DNA of 64,000 nucleotides from a bacterium (GTDB lineage: Bacteria > UBA8248): positions 32,001 to 96,000 of the forward strand of contig OZ253442.1 in assembly GCA_965261085.1 (NCBI GenBank), read 5' to 3'. Shown here piece by piece: positions 47,637 through 57,328 of this stretch (its first letter is position 1; each line of letters opens with the position of its first letter). The notes beneath the pieces were generated by a model. The model saw only the letters and a list, made by a program, of their open reading frames with translations, was not told where the DNA came from and ran no database searches. The position numbers and the translations under genes were made by a program.

Positions 47637-48518
47637 GTGTCGAAAATCGTTGCATACCTAGGGCTTGGGACCATGGGCGGAGCCATGGTCAACAATCTTC
47701 TCAAGGCAGGTTTCGTCGTTCACGGGTTCGACCCTGCGCCCGAGGTCCGAGCCCGGGCGGAAGAGGCGGGAGCGAAAACCTTCGACTCCCCGGCCGAGGC
47801 GGCCTCGGAAGCGGACGTCATCTGCTCATCCGTGCCTGAAACCAAGGATGTTCATGAGACTTATCTCGGAGAAAAAGGAGCGCTCCTCACCTCCCAGGAA
47901 GGCGTCGTCTGTTTTGATTTCTCCACCATCGCCCCCAGCGGCAGCCAGGCCATCGCGGAACAAGCAGCGGAAAAAGGCGCGATATTCCTCGATACGCCCG
48001 TAAGCGGCAGCGCCCCCAGCGCCATCAGCGCTGAGTTGAACGTGATGGTCGGCGGTGATGAAGCGGCGATGAATCGACACCGTGACGTTCTCGAGGCCGT
48101 TTCCGAGTCCATCAACCATTTCGGTCCGAATGGCGCGGGCCTGCACATGAAACTCGTGGCCAATCAAATCGTCTCGGTGTTTCTTTCCGTGGTGTCTGAA
48201 GGACTGACCCTCGGAGAACGCTCGGGCCTTGATCCCGTCGAGATGATGGAATACCTGAAAAGCGCCTCGATCCCCAAAATTCTGAGCATCAAGGGTCCCG
48301 CCCTGGCGAGGAGGGACTACACGCCGTCTTTCAAAATTGACTTGATGCGAAAAGACCTGCGCCTCATCTCCGAGATGGCCGAGGCCGCGACGACGCCGAC
48401 TCCGTTCGCCGCGCTGGCGAGGCAGGTTTTCATCGCCACATCGGCCATGGGCTTCGGCGAAGTGGACCAAAACGCCGTGCGCGAGTTTTTCGATAAAACC
48501 GCCGGGCTCGGCTCTTAA
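47637..48518 (+). CDS. NAD(P)-dependent beta-hydroxyacid dehydrogenase
   Basis: YLGLGTMGGAM, LDTPVSG, MKLVANQ, KDL; GTG start after GAAGGAG. Confidence 0.9.
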   Translation: MSKIVAYLGLGTMGGAMVNNLLKAGFVVHGFDPAPEVRARAEEAGAKTFDSPAEAASEADVICSSVPETKDVHETYLGEKGALLTSQEGVVCFDFSTIAPSGSQAIAEQAAEKGAIFLDTPVSGSAPSAISAELNVMVGGDEAAMNRHRDVLEAVSESINHFGPNGAGLHMKLVANQIVSVFLSVVSEGLTLGERSGLDPVEMMEYLKSASIPKILSIKGPALARRDYTPSFKIDLMRKDLRLISEMAEAATTPTPFAALARQVFIATSAMGFGEVDQNAVREFFDKTAGLGS

Positions 48519-48535
48519 TCCATCGCGCCTGAAAC

Positions 48536-49525
48536 CTAAGTCGCCTTTTTGAAAAACCCCTCTACGGGGAGTTTCGCACCTACGCCCTGAGCCTTGGCGC
48601 GCCGATAGAGTTCTGCGCCCAAGGCCACGTCCTCTATCGCGACCCCCTGGCTCAAAAATAGATTGACCTCATCATCGGACGCACGTCCGGGCATGGCGCC
48701 CGTCGCTATCAACCCGATCTCCGATACCTGACCCCACTGGATGACGTTCGCCCGTATGGCGCCGACCAGGTCACCGCTCTCGAACTCGGCGCCCTCGAGG
48801 CTGTCCGTCACGATTCTTCCTCTCGCCGCGCGGCGGAAAGTTTCGTCGTCTATCTCGCGGTTCGTGATTCTGTTCGAGCCCGCCGCGATGACCGTCGTGC
48901 CCGGCTCCAGAGCGTTCCCGTCAAAAACCGGTTCGCGCGCCGTGGTGATGGTGCACACGATTTGCGAGCCTTTCACCGCCTCGGTCGCAGATTCGACCGG
49001 AACGAGTTCCGCGTTCACCCTATCCTGCATCGCGCGAACGAATTTTTCTCTCTTCTCGGGACGGCGGCTGTGCACTTTCACCACCTTGAGCTTGCGCGCG
49101 CAACAGATGGCTTCAAGCTGCGCTCTCGCCTGCCACCCTGTGCCGATCAACCCGGCTTCGGTAGCGTCTTCTCTGGCCATATATTTCGCGGCGACGCCGC
49201 TCGCCGCCCCGGTGCGCATCTGCCCCTGTATGTTGGCCTCCATGAGCGACAACATCTCCGACGTATTGGCATCCCACAGCAGGAAGATGAATCGCACGCC
49301 GATGCCCGGAAACGTGGTGTAGGCCTTGAGACCCAAATAACCCTCATTTTCATCGACCATGCCGCCGAACATGACGTGCATCGCGCCCTTGGGAAGAAAA
49401 ACCCGCCGTCTCGGCTGATTCGGCGCGCGTCCTTCTCCCTGGGCCTTGAAGCATTTCTCCACCACATCCATGACATCGGACATGCTCACCAGTTTCTTGA
49501 CGTCGGACTCACTTAAATAAAGCAA
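48536..49525 (-). CDS. Ornithine cyclodeaminase/mu-crystallin family protein
   Basis: MRTGAASGVA, IGTGWQARAQ, FLSQGVAIEDVA. Confidence 0.9.
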   Translation of the reverse strand: MLYLSESDVKKLVSMSDVMDVVEKCFKAQGEGRAPNQPRRRVFLPKGAMHVMFGGMVDENEGYLGLKAYTTFPGIGVRFIFLLWDANTSEMLSLMEANIQGQMRTGAASGVAAKYMAREDATEAGLIGTGWQARAQLEAICCARKLKVVKVHSRRPEKREKFVRAMQDRVNAELVPVESATEAVKGSQIVCTITTAREPVFDGNALEPGTTVIAAGSNRITNREIDDETFRRAARGRIVTDSLEGAEFESGDLVGAIRANVIQWGQVSEIGLIATGAMPGRASDDEVNLFLSQGVAIEDVALGAELYRRAKAQGVGAKLPVEGFFKKAT

Positions 49526-49572
49526 CGATTCTTTCTCCTCTGTGATTCATGATTTCCCGTAACCAAAATATT

Positions 49573-50820
49573 TCAAGTCAAAGCAACGCTGGAAAAAGTG
49601 ACCGTTCCGTTCGGGTCCGGCCATTGAGAATAACGAAGCACTTCCCCCTCGCAGTCACCCAGAACACGCAACATCGTGTAAATGGGCGCCAGCCCACACA
49701 CGTTTCTCGCATCCCCATCCTCTGCCACGCTCCAATAGAATTCCTCTGCATCTCCTCGGCATACCGCTTGCAAGGATTTCCCATCCGCTTCCTCGATTTC
49801 TTTCAGCCGCACTTCATCCACGGGGTATTCATCGCCGAATTGAGGACCGACATGGGCGAAATCCACACTCGCAATCAGGCAGACCCTTCCTCCATTTTGC
49901 CGGTATGCCGCAACCATCTCTTTCAGCGCGGCCAGAAAAGTCTCCACTTGCGCATCGCCCCGGGGAGATTCGTCATGAGCGACAAACCGGTGGAACGAAC
50001 CCACCAGGATGGGAACGAACTGAACAGGCCGGACGCCTGCAAAGAGATATTGCAGAAAAACAGCTTGAAACTCGATGGAGTGCTCGGCGCGATGCACGAA
50101 TTCATCCTGAAAGGAATTCACCTTCAGCCGGCGCGAGAGTTCCTCCACGAATCCTGCGTTCGCCTCTAAAATTCCGAACGGCGTCTCAAAAGACTTATCA
50201 GTGAGGTTATACATGTTTTTCGTCGGAGCGTGGACCGTTCCCAGAACGACAAACAAATCGGCATCAGATCGCTCTGCGATTGATTTATAAGCCCATGCGA
50301 AGGTGGCGCCTCCGCGATGAAAATCAATATGCGGCGCGACCACGCCCCGAAGCGATTTGGCCGGGGCCGGGGAATTTTTCGCAAGACTCCCCGGGCCGTC
50401 ATCTCCTGTGAAAAAGCCATCGATTTGAGAGCGCAAACGCGCCGGGTCCGCATCGTAGCTTCTACCAGACAAAAAACTCGGACGCACCGGAGCACTCAAG
50501 AAGGCGCTCTTGAGCGATGCGCTCCAGGAGGCGAAACCATCCCCCTCGAGTAAATGCGCTTCTTCGAGTCGGGACACCATTGCCCGGTAACTTTCTTCGG
50601 AGATATCCATCCCGTGAAGGGATTTACATTGCGCCTTGATATCCTCAAACGTGTGGCGACCATCGAGCCGCTGAAGCACGGGAACCAACGCCATGGGAGC
50701 AAAAAGAACCTCATCGCTGAGACGAAGCGGATCGCTGAGCCTCAACATCCTCTGGCCTTGATGTTCCGCAGGAGTAGCCTCCACGGGTCTCAGCTTCAAT
50801 CGCTCCGATGTCATGTCCAA
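49573..50820 (-). CDS. amrB: AmmeMemoRadiSam system protein B (MEMO1 family) with N-terminal extension
   Basis: VAPHIDFHRG, EHSIEFQ, ASVDFAHVGPQFGD, NVCG. Confidence 0.88.
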   Translation of the reverse strand: MDMTSERLKLRPVEATPAEHQGQRMLRLSDPLRLSDEVLFAPMALVPVLQRLDGRHTFEDIKAQCKSLHGMDISEESYRAMVSRLEEAHLLEGDGFASWSASLKSAFLSAPVRPSFLSGRSYDADPARLRSQIDGFFTGDDGPGSLAKNSPAPAKSLRGVVAPHIDFHRGGATFAWAYKSIAERSDADLFVVLGTVHAPTKNMYNLTDKSFETPFGILEANAGFVEELSRRLKVNSFQDEFVHRAEHSIEFQAVFLQYLFAGVRPVQFVPILVGSFHRFVAHDESPRGDAQVETFLAALKEMVAAYRQNGGRVCLIASVDFAHVGPQFGDEYPVDEVRLKEIEEADGKSLQAVCRGDAEEFYWSVAEDGDARNVCGLAPIYTMLRVLGDCEGEVLRYSQWPDPNGTVTFSSVALT

Positions 50821-50826
50821 AATTCC

Positions 50827-52035
50827 TCACCCTCTGCTTTTAGTGGCGTATCTTCCAAAAAACGGTGCGCAAGATATCCCGATGACCGATAAAATCGCCA
50901 ACGTGTAAAAACCCGGACCGAACGACCCGGCCCAATCTCTTATCGCGCCAACCATCCAGGGACCGACAAAACCACCCAGATATCCCACGCCGATGATTAA
51001 ACCGCCCGCCCGGCCCACCTGGCTTTTCTCCACATATTGAGCGGGATACGCCAGGCAAAACAAAAACCAGCAATTCGTGGTCAAGCCCAAAACGGCGGTT
51101 CCCGCCGCGGCAACCCATAGGTTTCCCTCCGGCATCATGGCGAGCGCCACGGCCGTGAACAACCCGCACAAAACCATCATGACCCGCTCGCCACCGAGGG
51201 CCAACGCTATTTTATGCGCGCTCAGGGAAATAATAATTCCAAGCAAAGGCAAACTCGACACGATAAGCGCGGCACTCGATTGCGGCCAGCCCTTCGCCAT
51301 CAAAATCGTGGCCAGCCAACCCAAACTCGTATAAAAAACGACGTTGTTGACGAACAAGGAGCCGGCGACGGCCCAGACGGCAGGCAGCCGATACACCATG
51401 CCGCTATTGGCCGAGGCGGAATCGGGTTCTAAGTCCACCGCAATCGAGGCGGAATTTTTTCGCCAGACGATGAACGCCAGGATCAAAATGAGCGCCCATC
51501 CCAGATAGCCGCCGCGCCAGACGCTCCCTCCCCACCCGGCGGGCAAAACTCCTGCGGCCGGCGTCATATAGTGCGAGGCCGCGACTCCCAAGCCCGCTCC
51601 CGCAATGATGGAAGCCGTGTAAACGGCGGAGCCGAACTCGTTGCGCTCAGGAGGAACTATCGTCCCCACCACTTTCGGCATGACGGGAAACACCAGACCC
51701 GTACCGGCGCCCACGAGCGCGATTCCCAAAGCGAGCGACCAAAAATCTCCGCTGGTAAGGCGAACGACTCCTCCCAGCAAAGTGAAGAAAACGCCACCCA
51801 AAACGATTTTCTTCACCCCCAGTCGATCGACCAGCCGCCCCCCGGCAACCGCGAAAAACGCTATCAAGGGAAACGGCGCGGACAACAAAAAACCGCCCGC
51901 GCCGTAGGATAAGTTCAAATCATTCCGGATGAAGCCGATGAGTCCGCTCGTCGATACCAACGAGCCGAAAACGGCGAAAATGATGAAACAGGCAGACCCA
52001 AATATAGAACGCCAATGCGGGTATTCTTCCTTCAT
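50827..52035 (-). CDS. MFS transporter (CynX/NimT-like)
   Basis: About 12 TM helices, GRLVDRLG motif A, GYLGGFVGPWMVG; ATGA overlap with the upstream gene. Confidence 0.85.
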   Translation of the reverse strand: MKEEYPHWRSIFGSACFIIFAVFGSLVSTSGLIGFIRNDLNLSYGAGGFLLSAPFPLIAFFAVAGGRLVDRLGVKKIVLGGVFFTLLGGVVRLTSGDFWSLALGIALVGAGTGLVFPVMPKVVGTIVPPERNEFGSAVYTASIIAGAGLGVAASHYMTPAAGVLPAGWGGSVWRGGYLGWALILILAFIVWRKNSASIAVDLEPDSASANSGMVYRLPAVWAVAGSLFVNNVVFYTSLGWLATILMAKGWPQSSAALIVSSLPLLGIIISLSAHKIALALGGERVMMVLCGLFTAVALAMMPEGNLWVAAAGTAVLGLTTNCWFLFCLAYPAQYVEKSQVGRAGGLIIGVGYLGGFVGPWMVGAIRDWAGSFGPGFYTLAILSVIGISCAPFFGRYATKSRG

Positions 52036-52985
52036 CCATCCAGCTCCAGCAACCGCGCCGCGTTTCCTCCCAGCCACTTTTCCGCAACGTGCGGCTTCAA
52101 GGGGAGACTCCTCGCTTCTTCGAGAATTTCGCCGAGAGATATCGGCAGAAGCGGCCAATCGGTTCCAAACAGAATTTTATCCTGTATCGTGGAGTTCCCG
52201 AAATGAAGGAGCATCTCCCAGCCGGAATGAGGGGTCGAGAAATACTTCCACCTATGGCCGGAAGGGTCGATATACAGATTCGGGTGCCGCCAGGCGGCGG
52301 CGACCATCTCCGGCACCCAGGGCCAACCACCATGGCCGGCGATTATCTTCAGATCCGGCATCTCTCCACAAAGACGATCCAAAGCCAGGGGCCTGCCGAG
52401 TTCCATCGGATGAGCGGGCGCCCAGTTCACCGAAGTATGAATCCACACGGGAACGTCCAACTCGACGCACTTTTCATAAATCGGCCGATACGCAGGCGCG
52501 TCGGCGGGGAGGCGATGAAGAAAAGGAACGAGAAAGGCCCCGTGCAGGCCAAGTTCGCGCACGCCTTTTTCCAGCGTAATCGCCGCATCGTCCTTGTTGG
52601 GGTCGACGCCCTGAAAAGCCAGAATCCTGCCCGGATACGAATCCACCGCACTGGCGAGAACATTCGGGTCGAGCGGTGAAACGCCGGTGGTGCTCTCCTG
52701 GTCGATGCTGAAAACGACCGCCTTGTCGTAGCCGGCCGCATCTAGAGTCGCTATAAACTCTTCGATGGGTCGCCCAAGCCTCGTCGATATCTCATCGATA
52801 AAGGTATGGATTTCTACTCGCGACCTCCCCACCGCCCTGCGGCGAAACTCCTCTTCCTCCACGCCGCAAAAAGCGCTCAAGCCCTTCGCAAACATCTTCA
52901 AGTAACCGGGAATCGAGGCCCAGCCCAACAGGCGGGCGCGGTAGGACTCCGCGACGGGCAAGAAGCTGCAAATATCGACGATCAC
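52032..52985 (-). CDS. Amidohydrolase family 2 protein
   Basis: PVWIHT, IIAGHGGWPW, NLYID, ILFGTDWP, GGNAARLL. Confidence 0.85.
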   Translation of the reverse strand: MIVDICSFLPVAESYRARLLGWASIPGYLKMFAKGLSAFCGVEEEEFRRRAVGRSRVEIHTFIDEISTRLGRPIEEFIATLDAAGYDKAVVFSIDQESTTGVSPLDPNVLASAVDSYPGRILAFQGVDPNKDDAAITLEKGVRELGLHGAFLVPFLHRLPADAPAYRPIYEKCVELDVPVWIHTSVNWAPAHPMELGRPLALDRLCGEMPDLKIIAGHGGWPWVPEMVAAAWRHPNLYIDPSGHRWKYFSTPHSGWEMLLHFGNSTIQDKILFGTDWPLLPISLGEILEEARSLPLKPHVAEKWLGGNAARLLELDG

Positions 52986-53980
52986 TGCAAACGACCCTGA
53001 GCCTGCCCGACAGAAGCGCTCGGCCCGGAAAGAGAGAAATCATTTTGACTCAAGGTCAATCGCGCCGAATTCACGGACACCGCCAGGATGAAAACGAGAA
53101 AGACGGCGAAAGAACCGGTCATGCGCACGCTCCCGCCTCGCCTGAGCGCGCCGAGCAACAATTCGAACAACGATATGACGCAGACGGCGCCGATGATGAG
53201 GAACGTCACGAAAGGAGAACCGCCTGACACCAGCATGCCTGCCATGAAATCAGACCCCTGGAACAAAAACCAGCCTCCCGCGACACCTGCCTGAATCATC
53301 AGAAAACACAAGGAGAACTTGGCTCCGAGCCGAACCCACCGCGCTCCGTTCGACGCGGAAACAGAACTCTCCCATCTAAAAGCCTTTCCCCCCAGAAACA
53401 TGAGGACGAGGCCGCCGACCGAGAACGCCGAGAGATAAAAATGCGCCATGGCCCACCAAAAAGAGGAACGGGCCAAAAAGCGCCAACTCCACCCCTCTTC
53501 CAAACCGAGGAGATTTGGATTCACACAAGAAAGCGTGAACACCCAAACCAATCCTGCGCATAATACCATCAAGACGCCCGGTGGAATCATCATCAGGTGC
53601 GCGAATCCGAATTTCGAGCCCTGTCTCGTATGCTTCGAATGAGCAAAGGCGAGAACGGCGAAGACGAACAGCAAGAGCAACAACACACCCAATGGGCGTA
53701 TCAGCGCGATCACGGTAGTAAAAAAAACGGCCGGCTGCATCGTGGACGCAAGCAAGGTGAGCGCCGCCCCGATGAAGAATACGGGAACGAAATAAGCCAG
53801 GCACAGGCCCGAGAGGCGACATGCGAATTCGATGTCGTCATCGTCGTTCTCCCACCACCCCCAGAACGCGAGATGCGCCGAAAACCACGGCACCGAAACG
53901 CTCACGCCGGCGCACAGCCACAACGCGGAGCCGAGCAGTACGATGAGCCACTCGCTCGATTCTGCGATCATCATGTTCAT
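52982..53980 (-). CDS. Integral membrane protein, partner of the bd-like/cytochrome c protein
   Basis: About 8 TM helices; coupled by overlaps to both neighbours. Confidence 0.65.
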   Translation of the reverse strand: MNMMIAESSEWLIVLLGSALWLCAGVSVSVPWFSAHLAFWGWWENDDDDIEFACRLSGLCLAYFVPVFFIGAALTLLASTMQPAVFFTTVIALIRPLGVLLLLLFVFAVLAFAHSKHTRQGSKFGFAHLMMIPPGVLMVLCAGLVWVFTLSCVNPNLLGLEEGWSWRFLARSSFWWAMAHFYLSAFSVGGLVLMFLGGKAFRWESSVSASNGARWVRLGAKFSLCFLMIQAGVAGGWFLFQGSDFMAGMLVSGGSPFVTFLIIGAVCVISLFELLLGALRRGGSVRMTGSFAVFLVFILAVSVNSARLTLSQNDFSLSGPSASVGQAQGRLQ

Positions 53981-56082
53981 GACGAATTCTTCTCTTCCGG
54001 TTTTTTCGCGTCTTGCGGGTCGCTCGGCGGACTGGAAGGAGCGGCGGAAACGCTTTCCCCGTCATCCGGGCTTTTATTGTTTTTCGCGTCGATCGAGGGA
54101 GCAGGGGATGAGGCGGCGCTTTCCGGTTTTTCCGATATTCCGATGTCCTGTAAACTCCCGGCGTCTTGCCTATCATCCCGTGCGCCAGAAGGCGCAGTAG
54201 AGGCCTTCCTCCCCTCATCCGATTTTTTTATATCCTGCGATTTCTTGGAGTCGGCATCCTGCGCGGCGTTCGAGGGAGCGGGAGAAGCGGTGACGCCGCT
54301 ATCCTCCTCTGGCGGCTTTTTGGCGTCCTGTGCGCCTTTGGCATCTTGCCCATCATCCGGCTGACTCGGAGAAACGGGTAAAACGCCGCTCTTCTCTTCC
54401 GGTTTTTTCGCGCCTTGCGTGGCGCCCGGCGGGCCGGAAGGGGCGATGGAGACGGCTCCCTCTTTTTTCGAGATTTTTGCGTCCTGGATGCTGATGTCCC
54501 TCGACCGAGTGGAAGAAACGGCGGAGCCCGCCTGTTCCTGTTCTTGTGATTTTTTCACGCTTTGTGCGGCTTTCGAGAGGTCCGGAGAAATGGTAGTCCC
54601 GCTCTTTTCTTTCACCTCGGGCGTACCTTGCGCTTTCGCCGCAGCCTGGATTTCTTTTTTTATCTCGGGCGCGGTTTCTTTCTGCACCTGGCGCATATTC
54701 GACTTTGGAACCTCTGCGCGCTTTTCCACACCCCGGGTAGAGGTTTTCGGAACCATCGCCGGGCGAACCGCCGGTTTCTGTGTGGCGGGCGGAGGCTCGG
54801 GGCGTGATGCTAAAGTTCGGCCTGATTTCGCGATCATCGCCTCAAGATACGCCGCCAGGGCGCGCCGCTCTTCGGGCGTTCCCGCAAAAAGGGGATACGG
54901 GGGATGTTTGGAGCCTATTTCTCCAAGAAACCGAAGGGCATCTCCCTCGAACCTGAATCGGGGGGTTCGAGACGGATCCTCGGATTTCACCCAATTCTCG
55001 TGGCAGGCCATGCATTGAGCGCGGAAGCTGAACGCGCCGAGTTCCTCCTGCGCGGGCAGAGGCTCGCCGAGGTTCACGAAATTCCACAGGCCCGCTCGAT
55101 TCGAGATCTCCGCCTCCTCGATGATCATTCCATTGCGATACATATATTGTTGAATCTGGAAATTTCCCTTCGCCTCCACATAAACCCACCCACACGCCAC
55201 CATCAGGAGAACGACCAGAACCGAAGCCGCACCCGCATGCCATCGATGCCGTCTTTCGGGGTCGCGAACGCCCCATCTATAGGCGATGCCTCCCATAGCC
55301 GCCTGCGCCGCCACCGCGACTGCCATCAGCCAGAACACCCATTGCTGATTCGTCCCTCCCGGAAGGCGGATTCCCCACCATATCCATCCGGGAACGCCGA
55401 TGACGGCTCCCGCCACCATCCACTTGCCTAATTCATGCACCAGGGCGACGCGCCACGGACCGTCCTTTCGGGTCGCGGCGTAGAGCAAACCGAAAGCACC
55501 GAAGGCCAATACCGAAATAGCCGCCCACGTCACGAATACGGAGGGGAAGGTGGGATTCCAGAAAGCATTCGACAACCCGGGTTCCGCTACCCACCCGCCC
55601 GTGTGTATTGAGAAGGCGCAGACCGAAACCAGGACGGCGGCTGCACACCAAAAGCCGATTACAGACAAGAGGCCCCATACAAAATGAAGCCTGCTTTCAT
55701 GGCTTCCTCTTCCCCATAGGGCGATGTATCGACCCAAAAAACAAAAACCCGATAAAAAAAGCAACAAGCCCAAAAGGGCGGGTGTTATGAAAATCGAATG
55801 GAGTTGCTCCATCATCCGGGGTCGTTGGGCCATCGTGACGACCCAAAGGCCAAGGCCCAGAGGACAGGCCACCCAACCCGCCAGGGCGCGCGTCGTCTTC
55901 GCGCACCGCAGGGCGAGTTCGTCCCATCTCGGGTCCATGCTTTCTGAACCATGAAACTTCGCGACAAGGGTGAAAACCGAACCGCCGCAGACGCACGCAC
56001 TCGCAAGGGCGAAGAAGAACGAAAACCCCGCCGCCAGGAGATGATCGGCCAGTGTTAGCGCTTCCTGAAATGGAAATGACAC
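53977..56082 (-). CDS. Cytochrome bd subunit I-like membrane protein fused to a c-heme domain and a low-complexity tail
   Basis: TM region with GLGLW, F..TGGW...FWNPT, YMY.NG; CMACH heme motif; C-terminal ~270 aa K/S/P/A/D-rich repeats. Confidence 0.65.
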   Translation of the reverse strand: MSFPFQEALTLADHLLAAGFSFFFALASACVCGGSVFTLVAKFHGSESMDPRWDELALRCAKTTRALAGWVACPLGLGLWVVTMAQRPRMMEQLHSIFITPALLGLLLFLSGFCFLGRYIALWGRGSHESRLHFVWGLLSVIGFWCAAAVLVSVCAFSIHTGGWVAEPGLSNAFWNPTFPSVFVTWAAISVLAFGAFGLLYAATRKDGPWRVALVHELGKWMVAGAVIGVPGWIWWGIRLPGGTNQQWVFWLMAVAVAAQAAMGGIAYRWGVRDPERRHRWHAGAASVLVVLLMVACGWVYVEAKGNFQIQQYMYRNGMIIEEAEISNRAGLWNFVNLGEPLPAQEELGAFSFRAQCMACHENWVKSEDPSRTPRFRFEGDALRFLGEIGSKHPPYPLFAGTPEERRALAAYLEAMIAKSGRTLASRPEPPPATQKPAVRPAMVPKTSTRGVEKRAEVPKSNMRQVQKETAPEIKKEIQAAAKAQGTPEVKEKSGTTISPDLSKAAQSVKKSQEQEQAGSAVSSTRSRDISIQDAKISKKEGAVSIAPSGPPGATQGAKKPEEKSGVLPVSPSQPDDGQDAKGAQDAKKPPEEDSGVTASPAPSNAAQDADSKKSQDIKKSDEGRKASTAPSGARDDRQDAGSLQDIGISEKPESAASSPAPSIDAKNNKSPDDGESVSAAPSSPPSDPQDAKKPEEKNSS

Positions 56083-56152
56083 CAGAATTACCTGCTCGAA
56101 AATATAAAAAATGCCTGAAACTCGAAACCGGAGAAGCTGATACCCCCGAGCT

Positions 56153-57271
56153 TTATACCTTCACCGCCTGCCGTGTCATGTATTTCTCGAGTTTATTCTC
56201 ATCGAGGGCGACGCCCAAGCCGGGCGCATCGGAAATCGCATACCGCCCCGAGTCCATGTCGACGGGAAAATCGACGACGTCGTCCAGCATCTTCTCGGGA
56301 CCGACGGACTCTATTGCCGCCAGAAAGGCATTCGAAGTCGCCGCCACGTGAATCTCGCCCAGCGTGTAGGGCGACAACCCGAACCCGTGACCGATGACCA
56401 GTTTCATGCCGGCGGCCTCCGCCGTACCGACCATGTCGCGGACGCGAAGGGGGCCGCCTTGCTTCATGATCTTGACCTTGACGGTATCGGCGGCTTCGGC
56501 CCGGATGATTTCGAGCAGACTCTTGGGCCCGAATATGCATTCATCCGCCATGACGGGGATGTTGATGGAGCGGCGCACACGGGCGAGTCCCTCGATGTCG
56601 TGCCTGGGAACGGGCTGTTCGAAATGCTGGATGTCGGCTCCTTCCACTTCCCGCGCGAGCGCAACGGCGTCCTCCACGCTCCCGTAGGATTCATTCGCGT
56701 CGATTCGTATCTCGAAATCATCCCCCGTCGATTCCCGCACGGCCAGCACCCGCGCCGCATCTGACGCCACGTCTCCACCCGCCTTCACCTTACAAGCTCT
56801 CCAGCCGCGCTCATAAAAGCCCCGTGCCTCGCGCGCCGCCTCATCGGGCGCCTTGATGCCGATCCAGGCGTTGAAGCGCACCTCGTCCTTCACCGCGCCG
56901 CCAAGTAGTTCATACAGGGGGATGCCCAGGTATTTCGCATGAAGGTCGGCCAGGGCGAGCGACAAGGCTCCCTTTCCGCCATCGAAGCCGTCGCAGGCCT
57001 CATCCATCTTCTTTGTGAGTTCACGCGACGCCCTGGGGTTCGCGCCGATGAGAGCGGGCGCGAGCTTTTGCTCCATCGCGTCTGCAATCTCATCGCTCCC
57101 CAGACCTGAATATCCCGCCACGGGCTCGACGTCGCCTATGCCCGAGAAGCCGTCGTCCGAGGTTACACGAACGACGATCGCCGGCTGGACGTTGTGATTG
57201 TGGTTCGCGTTCTTGAAAAAGTCCCGCATCGGCATGTCGACGCGGAATATCTCGATGGATTCGACCTTCAC
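56153..57271 (-). CDS. Enolase superfamily, muconate cycloisomerase/dipeptide epimerase subgroup
   Basis: KVK, DANE, EQP, ADE, KIMKQGG, PGLGV; GTG start after GGAGG. Confidence 0.85.
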   Translation of the reverse strand: MKVESIEIFRVDMPMRDFFKNANHNHNVQPAIVVRVTSDDGFSGIGDVEPVAGYSGLGSDEIADAMEQKLAPALIGANPRASRELTKKMDEACDGFDGGKGALSLALADLHAKYLGIPLYELLGGAVKDEVRFNAWIGIKAPDEAAREARGFYERGWRACKVKAGGDVASDAARVLAVRESTGDDFEIRIDANESYGSVEDAVALAREVEGADIQHFEQPVPRHDIEGLARVRRSINIPVMADECIFGPKSLLEIIRAEAADTVKVKIMKQGGPLRVRDMVGTAEAAGMKLVIGHGFGLSPYTLGEIHVAATSNAFLAAIESVGPEKMLDDVVDFPVDMDSGRYAISDAPGLGVALDENKLEKYMTRQAVKV

Positions 57272-57328
57272 GGCACCTCCCCCTCTATTCATTTCATTCT
57301 GAATCGGATGAAGTCTTTGTGAAAACCC

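Noticed and set aside
56153-57271. Chloromuconate cycloisomerase as part of the halogen theme
   Set aside because: No catechol-pathway neighbours; substrate cannot be assigned from motifs.
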